Positions 1 to 9,113 of a stretch of 64,000 nucleotides of DNA are shown piece after piece; the stretch's first letter is position 1, and every line of letters starts with the position of its first letter. This DNA is from an uncultured delta proteobacterium. Its GTDB lineage: Bacteria; Myxococcota_A; Polyangia; Polyangiales; JAFGIB01. Made by a program: the position numbers and the translations under genes. The notes below the pieces were generated by a model, which saw only the letters and a list, made by a program, of their open reading frames with translations, searched no databases and was not told the DNA's origin. The stretch is from positions 928,001 to 992,000 of the forward strand of contig CAVZVA010000010.1 in NCBI GenBank assembly GCA_963778655.1, in the 5' to 3' direction.

Positions 1-347
1 ACGCGCTGCCGCCGGTTGCGTCTTTTCCGCACGCTGCCAGTGCGCACGCGGTCAGCACATACAAGAGCCGCCAGATCCACCGCGAAGACCCCACCGCACC
101 CGAGTAGCACAAGCGCCGCGTCCTCCGAGAGCTCGACGCCGATCGCGCCAAACGCTGACCGCGCCGATTGACCTGAGCCAGGTCACGACGGCCACACCGC
201 CGGGCAGCGTCGCGCCTGGCAAGCGTTGACCCATGCACAGCGCCTGCGCTGGCTCGACGACGCGAAGCGGTTCGCCGCCAGCGCACTGCGCGCGGCGCAA
301 ACACGACGCTGAGCCGACGCGGCAGCAGGGCTCGCGAAGCCGGACGT

Positions 348-890
348 GTGACTGCCTTCGCTACGCGAGTCCGTTCATATCCGCCTTGCGTGGAGGCTGC
401 GCGTGCGCGAAGCCGCAGCATGGCCTCAATCCGTGCGCCGACGCTCACGGCGTCGGCGCAGCGTCAGGTCACGGGTGAGCTGGTCGCGGCCATCGAAAGC
501 CGCATGTGTTCCGAGAAGACCGATGACGCCGAGCTGATCGTGCTCTCGCGGCTGGGCGCCGGCATTCCGGAGCTCGCGAGCTCGAAGGGTCTCGACTGCG
601 TACTCGCACGGCACCCGAAGGAAGACGCCGTGCTCTGGTCCGCGCTCGACGCATGGCAGATCAACAAGCTGCCCGAAAGCGACGCGATTCGCGAGGTCAT
701 GCACACAGCCAAGGACCCGCGCACGCGCGCGCGCTTGCTCCCACTCGAGGAGCGTATAGCGCGCCGGGGACAGGTCGAGGAGGGCCAGGCGCAAGTGATC
801 GCGAGCGATCCGCCGCCGGACTTCCGGCCGGAAGCTCTCATCAGCAAGTCGAACACCAACAACACAGGAGGTAGCCATGCGACGCGTTAG
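348..890 (+). CDS. hypothetical protein, 5' end uncertain
   Basis: 180-aa ORF with plausible composition in its 3' two-thirds; overlaps the start of the next ORF; no recognisable motif. Confidence 0.45.
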   Translation: MTAFATRVRSYPPCVEAARARSRSMASIRAPTLTASAQRQVTGELVAAIESRMCSEKTDDAELIVLSRLGAGIPELASSKGLDCVLARHPKEDAVLWSALDAWQINKLPESDAIREVMHTAKDPRTRARLLPLEERIARRGQVEEGQAQVIASDPPPDFRPEALISKSNTNNTGGSHATR

Positions 891-1086
891 GACGGCCGCA
901 ACGATTTCATTCGTCGGTTCGCTATTCTTGGTGGCATCGCCGGCCGCTGCCTTCAATACGGTCACGCTCAATGCCTCGGGAGCGACGTACATCGGTATGC
1001 GCAGCGACGGTTACGCCGTGGTCGAGACCTGCAACCCGCGTGAACTTCGGCCTCAGGCCGCGACGGCCATCACCGGGGGCGGATAG
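877..1086 (+). pseudogene. truncated secreted protein, interrupted by a transposase fragment
   Basis: GGAGG RBS before ATG 877; Sec signal (MRRVRTAATISFVGSLFLVASPAAA); from ~1038 the frame runs into the antisense of the transposase repeat. Confidence 0.55.
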
Positions 1087-1173
1087 GTGCCGGGCGGGAA
1101 CCCGACGTCGCGCCCTGCGCGGCGGTAGCGGTCGGAGCGGTCGGCGTAGACGACGTGCAGCACGCCCGTCTCT
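1038..1173 (-). mobile_element. RAYT-like transposase family A, short 3' fragment
   Basis: Near-identical to 4025-4160 and 8347-8482; encodes ...DVGFPPGTYPPPVMAVAA*. Confidence 0.8.
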
Positions 1174-1280
1174 CGCCAGGCCTCTGCGCGAGCCACCACG
1201 TCGAGCCTCGAGGGATACACCCTCGGTCGGAGAATCTGGCGCGGCTGCTGATCCGGCCGCGAAGCGCACGAGCGGCGAGC

Positions 1281-1829
1281 TCAGAACGGACGCCGCGCGT
1301 CGACCTTGAGCTTGCCGCTGTTGATCGCGACCACCACCTTTGACAACAGGTCGCGCCGGTCGGGGTCACTCAGATCGGGCAGCAGCCGGCGCGCGCTCGC
1401 CGCGTCGTCCTCAGTCCAGTGACCGCGCTCGAGCGCGGCCTCGACCAACTCGGTCTTGGCCTCTTGGGCCTTCACCTGCTCCGCGGTCAGCGGAAGCGGA
1501 GCCGCGGCGGGTCTTGTGCCGGGTCCCTCGAACGCGGCGGTCTCCGCAGCCGGCACAGCCGGGGCCACGGCCGCAGTCTTTGCGGTGGTCCCGCGGGTGC
1601 TCGCGCCGCCGTCGTTCGCGAGCGCCTCTCGCACGGCGCTGCCGACCTCGTCGCGCACCCGCGACCAGTTCGTGACGCAACGAACGGGCGGCTGTGCCTG
1701 TGTGGACTTGGCCGCCAGCGCGGCGCTGGCCGCGAGCGCGGCGATCTTGTCCGGCGCCAAGCCGAACAGCGCCGCGTGCAGCACGAACCCGGCTCCCAGC
1801 CCAAGGAGCGCAGCGAGCAGCGTCTTCAT
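1281..1829 (-). CDS. membrane-anchored hypothetical protein, last gene of the paralogue operon
   Basis: N-terminal hydrophobic segment, Ala/Pro linker, helical C-terminal domain (LVEAALERGHWTEDD...AINSGKLKV); RBS GGAGAG; 16 nt downstream of the previous stop. Confidence 0.85.
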   Translation of the reverse strand: MKTLLAALLGLGAGFVLHAALFGLAPDKIAALAASAALAAKSTQAQPPVRCVTNWSRVRDEVGSAVREALANDGGASTRGTTAKTAAVAPAVPAAETAAFEGPGTRPAAAPLPLTAEQVKAQEAKTELVEAALERGHWTEDDAASARRLLPDLSDPDRRDLLSKVVVAINSGKLKVDARRPF

Positions 1830-1845
1830 GTCGGCTCTCCGTCGC

Positions 1846-2268
1846 TCAATTCACCGACGGCGGCGCATAGGCCGAGTCGTTGTTGATCTGCAGGTAGGTA
1901 CACGTCCCCTGGGCGTTCCAGGCGAAGACGACCCCCGAATGCGAGGTCATGCTGCTCACGGCCAGCGCGTACCACTCGTTCTCGTGCGAATCAAATGTGC
2001 AGCTGCGCGTGATGATGCCCGAGACCACGCGGCACCCGCCCGAGGTGTCGCCATTGGGCAGGTCGGCCTGAAACCAGCAGCCGATGTCGTCGGTCGCATT
2101 GCCTCCTGCGCGCACTCCGGCCATGGAGCCGAGGGCAACGCCAGCGCCGTTCTGCTCGTAGAACATCAGCGGCGCGTCGGGTGGCTTGTAGCCGGCCAGC
2201 GCTGTGCCCGCGGCGAGCAGCAGCAGCGCGATCGAGATCGGAAGGATGGTCTTGCGCTTGGTCATCAC
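1846..2268 (-). CDS. secreted 4-Cys protein, paralogue 4
   Basis: Signal peptide ending ALA; motif A.G...VR..DDIGC..C..C..FAWNAQGTCTYLQINNDSAYAP shared with three neighbours. Confidence 0.88.
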   Translation of the reverse strand: MMTKRKTILPISIALLLLAAGTALAGYKPPDAPLMFYEQNGAGVALGSMAGVRAGGNATDDIGCWFQADLPNGDTSGGCRVVSGIITRSCTFDSHENEWYALAVSSMTSHSGVVFAWNAQGTCTYLQINNDSAYAPPSVN

Positions 2269-2272
2269 ACCC

Positions 2273-2764
2273 TCACGTGGTTGGCCGGCTGTGGGAAAAG
2301 TTGCTGATCTTCACCTGCTGGCAAATGTTCCGCCCGCCGATGCTCACCCACGAGAAATGGATGTGTGAGTCAGTCGTCATTGCTTGGAGCGCCCACTGGA
2401 AGCCGAACGCGACGGTGGCCGCGGTCAAGAACGTGCAGCTGGCGGTCTGTGTGATGAGCCCCACACGCTGGCGCGCTTCACAACCGCCCTCGATGTCGCC
2501 GTCGTTGGCGGTCCGCACGCCGAGGGGAACATTGCGGCGCGACCAGCAGCCGATGTAGTCCGAGGAGGTGCCGCCGGCGCGTGTCGCGCCCAGGGAGCCG
2601 TCCGCGGTGCGCAGGAACGTGTTGATGCTCACGCCTTCGGTCTGCGACTTGGCGCCCGCGAGCACGTGTGGAATCGGAATCGCGAGCGCCGCCAGCGCGG
2701 CCGCACCACAAGCTAGCAGCAGCGCGCAGCGAGCGTGGGCGGGCGTCCAACGATACGCGGTCAT
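2273..2764 (-). CDS. secreted 4-Cys protein, paralogue 3
   Basis: ATG 2764 overlaps the upstream stop (ATGA); signal peptide ending VLA; ADGSLGATR..DYIGC..C..C..FSW..C..ISNFS. Confidence 0.85.
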   Translation of the reverse strand: MTAYRWTPAHARCALLLACGAAALAALAIPIPHVLAGAKSQTEGVSINTFLRTADGSLGATRAGGTSSDYIGCWSRRNVPLGVRTANDGDIEGGCEARQRVGLITQTASCTFLTAATVAFGFQWALQAMTTDSHIHFSWVSIGGRNICQQVKISNFSHSRPTT

Positions 2765-3204
2765 GGTTGCCTCGGCGGGTAATAGGAGTAGTTCTTGATC
2801 TCGATGCTCGTGCACTGCGAGCTGTCATCCCACGTGAACTTCAGGTACGAGCTGTCCGTCACCATCTCGAGCATGGCATCGCCCGAAGCCGTGGAGACGC
2901 CCCAGCAATACGCGGTGGCACCGCTGTTCGCCGTCGCCTGGCACAGCACGAGCGTCGAAGAGAAGGGATCGGACTGACCCGGCACCGGCGGCGCGAGGTT
3001 GGGAAGCAGGTACACGTTGCAGCCGATGTCCTGGATGTTGCCGTGATCCTTGCGCGCCGTGCCGATCGCGCCCGAGGCGGAGCGCGCCGTTGTGTCCACT
3101 GTGACGTTGGCGTCCTGGATCTGCCCCGCGTTCACGGGCGCGGCCAGCCACAGCAGGCTCAGCGTAAGGGGTACCCAGCGCACGATGGAGTGTCGGTTCA
3201 TCAC
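2761..3204 (-). CDS. secreted 4-Cys protein, paralogue 2
   Basis: Signal peptide ending VNA; ASGAIGTAR..QDIGC..C..C..FTWDDSSQCTSIEIKNYSYYP. Confidence 0.88.
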   Translation of the reverse strand: MMNRHSIVRWVPLTLSLLWLAAPVNAGQIQDANVTVDTTARSASGAIGTARKDHGNIQDIGCNVYLLPNLAPPVPGQSDPFSSTLVLCQATANSGATAYCWGVSTASGDAMLEMVTDSSYLKFTWDDSSQCTSIEIKNYSYYPPRQP

Positions 3205-3211
3205 GGTTCCC

Positions 3212-3631
3212 TCACGGCGCCTTCGGCTCGAGGTAGCCGTAGTTCGACAGTGCGATGAGCGTGCAATTCCCCTGGGAGTCCCACTGGAAATCCACCTGCT
3301 CGTTCTCGGTGGCGCTGGGCAGCCCGCCCATCACCAGGCCGAGGCCCGCCGGATTGGTGTAGGTGCAGCCCGCGCTCTGGCCGTTCGCGTCGACCGCGAA
3401 GCAGTACACCTGGACGCTGCCCGACGAGGACATCGTCGCGCACGAGATCTCCTGACTACCATCATTGGTGCTGTTGCGCGCGCTGCCCATGCCACCGCTG
3501 GCGTATCCGGAACCGATCGTGACCGGGACCGGTCTGCTGTCGACCGCGTCGGCGCGGCGCGCGGCGAACACACAGGTTGCCACCACTCCGGCCGCGAGCA
3601 GCGCGCTCGCCGTGAGCTTTCGTCTTTTCAT
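3212..3631 (-). CDS. secreted 4-Cys protein, paralogue 1
   Basis: Signal peptide ending ADA; ASGGMGSARN..QEISC..C..C..FQWDSQGNCTLIALSNYGYLEP; RBS-like GGAGG/GAGG upstream. Confidence 0.88.
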   Translation of the reverse strand: MKRRKLTASALLAAGVVATCVFAARRADAVDSRPVPVTIGSGYASGGMGSARNSTNDGSQEISCATMSSSGSVQVYCFAVDANGQSAGCTYTNPAGLGLVMGGLPSATENEQVDFQWDSQGNCTLIALSNYGYLEPKAP

Positions 3632-3770
3632 CGGGCCTCGTCCCTCCGGTTGGATGACAGCCTACGCGGAGGCCGCCGCGTCCGGCGGTGACCATTGGTA
3701 ACCATCGGTGACCGCCACCCGCGCGCCCAACCGCCTCGCGCTCCGGCCCGGCGCCCCCTCACTCGCCCCC

Positions 3771-3802
3771 GCGGGAAGCACGTGCCGCGGGAAGCACGTG
3801 CC
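3771..3802. repeat. perfect 16-bp tandem repeat (GCGGGAAGCACGTGCC x2) at the distal end of element A
   Basis: Read directly; a partial version occurs at 8101-8124. Confidence 0.85.
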
Positions 3803-4493
3803 AAGGGACTGCAGCCAGGCGCTAGGCGCGCGCGGTCCGTCCGTGTGCAGACGCGGATTGCACGTCAATCGCGCGCGCACCGCGGACCCCAGCCGCAACG
3901 TGTGGCGGATTCTGGCTCGGCGACAGGTTGAAGGAGCACCGCTCTGGAGCGCACGACGGACGCACCGCACCGGTGCCCGGCCGCTCATTCTCGTGAGCAG
4001 CTGAGCAGCGGGTCGGTGGCCCAGGCGTGAAACTCGGCCTCAGGCCGCGACGGCCATCACCGGGGGCGGATAGGTGCCGGGCGGGAACCCGACGTCGCGC
4101 TCTGCGCGGCGGTAGCGTTCGGAGCGGTCGGCGTAGACGACGTGCAGCACGCCCATCTCTTCGTAGTGCTCCAGCCGGCGCTCGTGGCTGCCCAAGCAGT
4201 AAGGGCGGCGCGTCGTCTTGGGATGCTTTGGACGCTGGTCGAAGTTGGCGTCGAGGATCTTCTTCAAGCCGAGGATGGCTTGTTTGCGAGAGCTTCGCGC
4301 ATCGGTGCCCACCTCGTCTTCGCGCACGCGCTCGCTGACCCAACGGCGCAAGTCTGCGGCGTACGCATCGCGGTCGCGGCCTTCGGAGGTGGGCAGCGGC
4401 GAAAGCGTCAGGGTGACCGGCACGAAGTACGGCGCGAGGTCTTGGGGGCGGCCCGCCGCAACCCACGCGTCGTTGTCGAAGTGCTCGAAGCTC
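3788..4493 (-). mobile_element. RAYT-like transposase family A remnant (3' part, stop at 4040) plus ~250-nt conserved downstream tail
   Basis: Direct repeat of 8110-8815 at a constant offset of 4322; C-terminal FPPGTY motif. Confidence 0.8.
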
Positions 4494-4659
4494 GTCGCTA
4501 GCACATCATCCCGCTCCACTCGCAACGGGCGTGAGCGGCGCTTGGACACCGCGCGCTTGGCCAAGCCACTTCATCGGACGCAAGCTCACGCAGTTGCTCC
4601 ACCGCGCAACAATTCTCCCTTGGCACGTGCGTTCCGGGCATCGTTCGCGAACCCTACGA

Positions 4660-5050
4660 TGGATGGATGCGGCAGGTGGCCCGCAACCTGACCGACGCCA
4701 TCGATGGCTTTCCTGATCAACCACCGGTACCTGATCATGGACCGCGCCCCCGTGTTCACGACCGGATTTCGTGCGCTGCTCGCGCGCTCCGGCGTGAAGA
4801 GCATGCGGCTGCCGGCGCGCAGCCCAAATCTGAACGCCTTCGCCGAGCGCTTCGTGCGCTCGATTCGCCAGGAGTGCTTGTCCAAGGTGGTACCGCTTGG
4901 TGAGCGAGATCTTCGGGAGCTCGTCCGCGAATACGTCGTCTCGACAACCGGTTGATTGAGCGCTCGGACGACGCGACGGCCGCCGGGCGCGTCCTGCGTC
5001 GTACGCGTCTCGGCGGCATGCTCAATTTCTACCATCGGGCGGCCGCGTGA
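4660..5050 (+). pseudogene. integrase core (rve) transposase remnant
   Basis: [13 protein letters not shown] / [36 protein letters not shown] / RLGGMLNFYHRAAA* across frameshifts; 5' part missing. Confidence 0.8.
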
Positions 5051-5187
5051 GTCCGCGATCCACGGATGGCACACTACGAGGTACTGCCAGGCGCACCAAG
5101 GCGCACCCCCGGCCCCCCGTTTATCCTTCCTACGCTCCGTCGAAGCCTCGGGCGATGGGAACCGAGATACAGGTGGGCGCGCTGGCC

Positions 5188-6774
5188 TCAGTAGCAGTAG
5201 GGCTTCGTGCTCCTCGAGATCGAGCCCAGATACTGGCCCACGTTATACGTCGCCATGCTCATCTCGGACATCAGATACGTGAGCGTCGCGCCCTGAGCGC
5301 CAAGCATGCGATCATGAACCATGGGCGCGTAGTTCCCGAGGCGAAAGGGCAGCTGATTCGTGACCAGAGTCCATGGACCCGTCAGCGACGGCGACTGCAA
5401 CAGCTCGATGTACGAGTCGTACCCATTCGCGTGCATGAACATCATGATGTACCGGTTCGCGTATGAATCGTACGCGATCGAGAGTTCGCGGACGTGGTGT
5501 GAGGGGTCGACCACGTACGCCGCGGACGACTCGGCGTTCGCAAGGAACTGCGTCCCTGTCCAATACTCGTATTTCGTCGGGTCGGTGATCGACGCGTGGG
5601 TAGCCTTGACGCGCATCAGCTTCACGCCGCTGTTGCTGTTGCCCATGTTGCCGTCGGCCTGAATTCCGTAGATGTAGACGTACCCCGCGCCCGGACCGAC
5701 GATCTGATGATACACGCCCACATTGGTGAAATTGCTCGACTGGGCCCAATACTTGCCCGACGGATACGACGCGTCGAGCCGTTGCCAGGGGCCGTCGTCC
5801 ACCGAGTACGCGATGCTGCCGCGCGAGACATGCAGCACGGGTTGCCATCCGAGCACCGACATCAGCCACAAGTACTTGTAGTTGTGCCCGTCTTCCGTGA
5901 TACTGAACCCGCCGCTCGGGATCGCGCCATAGCTCTCGTTCGGACCGGGCGGAATCACCTGGTCCGCAATGTGATCGGAAGACGCGCCGAGCCACGATGT
6001 GAACGGAACGGTGCCGAATCCGCCTGTGTAACTCGACGCCGCGAGCGTGCTGTGTGCGAACTGCCCGAGCATGCCGTTGGTGTCGCCGAATGCGTAATAC
6101 ATGTGGAAGTTTGAGAAGAACGGATTACCCAGGTCGGCACCGATGATCCCGGCCTGCGCAAGAGTGTCATTGACCTGCAAGAATGGCGGAGTCATCGCCA
6201 TGCCTCCTGACACCCTTCCTCCAATGCTGACGTTGCCTGTTTCTTGACCAAAGAGCGCCGCGCTCGCGCCGGTGATGCCATCTCCGCATGCAGTGCCGAA
6301 GTACACGAATGGCGCGTCGTAGCCCGCGGTCTGCGGAACCGCTCCGGTGAGCTCGATCCGACACTCGGCGTTTGCGCCATAGGGCTTGTCGGCCGGACAG
6401 TGGGACCACGAGCTGTCTTGAGGGTCCCCCGACGCCGAGCTCACCACCACGGTCGGCGTACCCGTGAAGCTACGGTTGCTGTAGCATTGCAAGCGCGTTC
6501 GATTGGCCGCAACACTCGACGTGACGTCGTAGCTGGCGGAGCCGTCCGATCTGACGCGACGAAAATAAGTGAAGACGTACGCCTTCCCATCGATGCTCAG
6601 GTCGGCGGAAATGATCTTGTCCGGCGTGCAGAAGACGTAGCCGTTGTCGCTTTCGTCGTAGCCGACGTAAGTGCCCCAAGACGACGTCTGAGCGGCGGCT
6701 CTGGTCGCCCCGACCGCGAAGACGATCGTCGCAATTAGGGCAGATTCGGCTAGCGGATGAGACTGGCGTTTCAT
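5188..6774 (-). CDS. secreted DUF4185-domain protein (GH183-like beta-propeller hydrolase) with extra N-terminal domain
   Basis: Signal peptide from ATG 6774 (MKRQSHP...AAA); motifs FGDT, IPSGG, GYVYIYG, YEYW, ELSI, GPW, YAPMVH and LMS..YNV characteristic of DUF4185. Confidence 0.75.
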   Translation of the reverse strand: MKRQSHPLAESALIATIVFAVGATRAAAQTSSWGTYVGYDESDNGYVFCTPDKIISADLSIDGKAYVFTYFRRVRSDGSASYDVTSSVAANRTRLQCYSNRSFTGTPTVVVSSASGDPQDSSWSHCPADKPYGANAECRIELTGAVPQTAGYDAPFVYFGTACGDGITGASAALFGQETGNVSIGGRVSGGMAMTPPFLQVNDTLAQAGIIGADLGNPFFSNFHMYYAFGDTNGMLGQFAHSTLAASSYTGGFGTVPFTSWLGASSDHIADQVIPPGPNESYGAIPSGGFSITEDGHNYKYLWLMSVLGWQPVLHVSRGSIAYSVDDGPWQRLDASYPSGKYWAQSSNFTNVGVYHQIVGPGAGYVYIYGIQADGNMGNSNSGVKLMRVKATHASITDPTKYEYWTGTQFLANAESSAAYVVDPSHHVRELSIAYDSYANRYIMMFMHANGYDSYIELLQSPSLTGPWTLVTNQLPFRLGNYAPMVHDRMLGAQGATLTYLMSEMSMATYNVGQYLGSISRSTKPYCY

Positions 6775-7006
6775 TTTGGCGCTCCTCGAGCTTGGACTTG
6801 GCAAAGCGACGCATGTGGGTGGTATTGCAGCGTCGGGCAGCACGGAGCAGGGCACGTGGCCGATACCTGCGGCCGTACCACGCCGTCGAAGGGCTCGTGT
6901 GAAGGCGGGCTGACGCGCGCGACCCGCTTGCCTCGCGTGCAGGCGGCCACAACGGCATGGTTTCTTGAGCCCGAGCGTTTCGGCACGCTGCCCTTCCTCC
7001 AGCTCG

Positions 7007-7384
7007 TCAGCCACCGCACAACAGCGCATGGACTGGACCGACCACGTCTTCGGACGACCAGGCAACCTTGCTCGGCGTTCCTCGTGCGGCAAGCGCTTTC
7101 ACGCGCGGCTGGGCGAAGAAGTCGATGCAGTCGATCATCTGTCCCGACTTCGCCTCGAACGAGTGCCACACGTCTCGCTGCGTGTAGCGCGCATCGAGAA
7201 AGGCTTGGATTCGGTCCTGCTCTAGCGCTGCGCCGGCCGCGCCGACGGCCGGTGCCTCGGAGAGCTCGTCCGGAGTTTGGTCCGCTGCTCCGCGGGCGAG
7301 CGCCGGAGGCGGCGCGGCAAGGCGCTGTGCGGTACCACGGCCTGGTGATGTCATGGGAGGCGCCTCCGAGCAGCGTGCCGGCAC
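7007..7384 (-). pseudogene. neprosin-like endopeptidase remnant (pro-peptide region only)
   Basis: FLDARY..DVWHSFEAKSGQMIDCIDFFAQP resembles the neprosin activation peptide (IDC.D...QP); no catalytic domain follows. Confidence 0.55.
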
Positions 7385-7447
7385 CGCAGAAGGAGCCGTA
7401 TTCGCGCTGATGGCCGCAGGCTAGCGCGGCGACGCCGCTCGGTAGAG

Positions 7448-7556
7448 TGACCATTGATGACCATTGATGACCAATGATGACCACGCGCGCGGGGGGATGC
7501 GCAGCGGCCACTTCAGCGCCTCGATCGCCTCGATCGCGTCGGTCGTGTCGATCGCC
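7448..7556. repeat. short tandem repeats: 10-bp TGACCATTGA x3.6 and degenerate 9-bp GCCTCGATC x4
   Basis: Read directly at 7448-7483 and 7518-7556. Confidence 0.8.
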
Positions 7557-7627
7557 CTGGGAACCTCGGGCGAAAGCGCCGGAAACGGCGCGACGGCGTA
7601 TTGTGCCAACCGAGGATCGTGATGAAA

Positions 7628-7739
7628 TGACGAGACATGGTGACGGTCCTCGATTGACGAGACATGGTGACCGAGACATGGTGGTCGTGACCGAGACATG
7701 GTGACGACCGATGACCGAGACATGGTGACGGTCCTCGAT
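7628..7739. repeat. cluster of five CGAGACATGGTG repeats (REP-like)
   Basis: Cores at 7631, 7658, 7672, 7692 and 7716; first and last extended by ACGGTCCTCGAT. Confidence 0.85.
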
Positions 7740-7816
7740 AGTTCGATTGTTCGTATCCGTTCGTCGAATCGCGTCCTTGACCGCGGAGGGCGGGGGCTGG
7801 GGCGGAGCCGACGGGC

Positions 7817-7955
7817 TCAGCCAATCAGCGTGAGCGCGCGGTAGGGGTCAGCACGCAGGCTCTTCTGGACGTCGTCGCGCTCGCCGGTGGCTTTCCGGTG
7901 TAGCGGAGCCAGCTCGAGCACGCGATGTGCGGGCCATTTCGGCAACAGGACCTGG
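7817..7955 (-). pseudogene. IS66-family transposase extreme C-terminal remnant
   Basis: LLPKWPAHRVLELAP...DDVQ..L.ADPYR matches the IS66 TnpC C-terminal pattern (LP.WP..R..EL.P). Confidence 0.6.
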
Positions 7956-8109
7956 GCCCTGCGGCCTGATCCGCACGCGCTCGCGTGGAATCGCCAGGAG
8001 GCGTTCCTCGGGTAGAGCGCCCAGCTCGCCGCAGCCGCGCGGGCGGGGCCGGCCTTGCCGTGGGTTCGATCGCCGCCGGTGCGAGCGTGCTCCACCGACC
8101 CGGGAAGCA

Positions 8110-8949
8110 CGGGAAGCACGTGCCAAGGGAGTGCAGCCAGGCGCTAGGCGCGCGCGGTCCGTCCGTGTGCAGACGCGGATTGCACGTCGATCGCGCGCGC
8201 ACCGCGGACCCCAGCCGCAACGTGTGGCGGATTCTGGCTCGGCGACAGGTTGAAGGAGCACCGCTCTGGAGCGCACGACGGACGCACCGCACCGGTGCCC
8301 GGCCGCTCATTCTCGTGAGCAGCTGAGCAGCGGGTCGGTGGCCCAGGCGTGAAACTCGGCCTCAGGCCGCGACGGCCATCACCGGGGGCGGATAGGTGCC
8401 GGGCGGGAACCCGACGTCGCGCTCTGCGCGGCGGTAGCGTTCGGAGCGGTCGGCGTAGACGACGTGCAGCACGCCCATCTCTTCGTAGTGCTCCAGCCGG
8501 CGCTCGTGGCTGCCGAAGCAGTAGGGGCGGCGCGTCGTCTTGGGATGCTTTGGACGCTGGTCGAAGTTGGCGTCGAGGATCTTCTTCAAGCCGAGGATGG
8601 CTTGTTTGCGGGAGCTTCGCGCATCGGTGCCCACCTCGTCTTCGCGCACGCGCTCGCTGACCCAACGGCGCAAGTCTGCGGCGTACGCATCGCGGTCGCG
8701 GCCTTCGGAGGTGGGCAGCGGCGAAAGCGTCAGCGTGACCGGCACGAAGTGCGGCGCGAGGTCGTGGGGGCGGCCCGCCGCAACCCACGCGTCGTTGTCG
8801 AAGTGCTCGAAGCTCAGCTGGTCGCTGTCGTTGAGGCCGAAGCACAGGTTCAGGCCGGGCCATTGCTCGGGGTCCTCCACCGTGCGCGCCTTGCGCGGAT
8901 TGTCGACACAGTAGGCCACGCGCCCGCTACCCGCGGCGTCGTCAAGCAC
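8110..8949 (-). mobile_element. RAYT-like (Y1 HUH) transposase family A, 5'-truncated (ORF 8362-8949), plus conserved tail
   Basis: YCVDNPRKARTVEDPEQWPG matches the RAYT Y..NP.KA..V..P..WP catalytic-Tyr motif; HUH-containing N-terminus absent. Confidence 0.8.
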
Positions 8950-9113
8950 CGGTTGGATGTCCGTGGGGCAGGGACCCGGGGACCCGCGCGCGCATCAACC
9001 TGGGGTAGGGACCCGCGCGTGGCTTGGATCGCGAACGAGGTCTGGCCCCGCATCGAGACGTCGCGAGGCGGGGTAGGGCGGCTTTCGGTCGCGCGGAGGG
9101 CTATGCTCAGCGC

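Noticed and set aside
172..312. Coding-like frame (QRRAWQALTHAQRLRWLDDAKRFAA) resembling small helical antitoxin-type proteins
   Set aside because: No convincing start and no partner gene; too short to support
7628..7739. Possible CRISPR array
   Set aside because: Repeat only 12 bp, spacers 2-15 nt and irregular, no cas genes in the window
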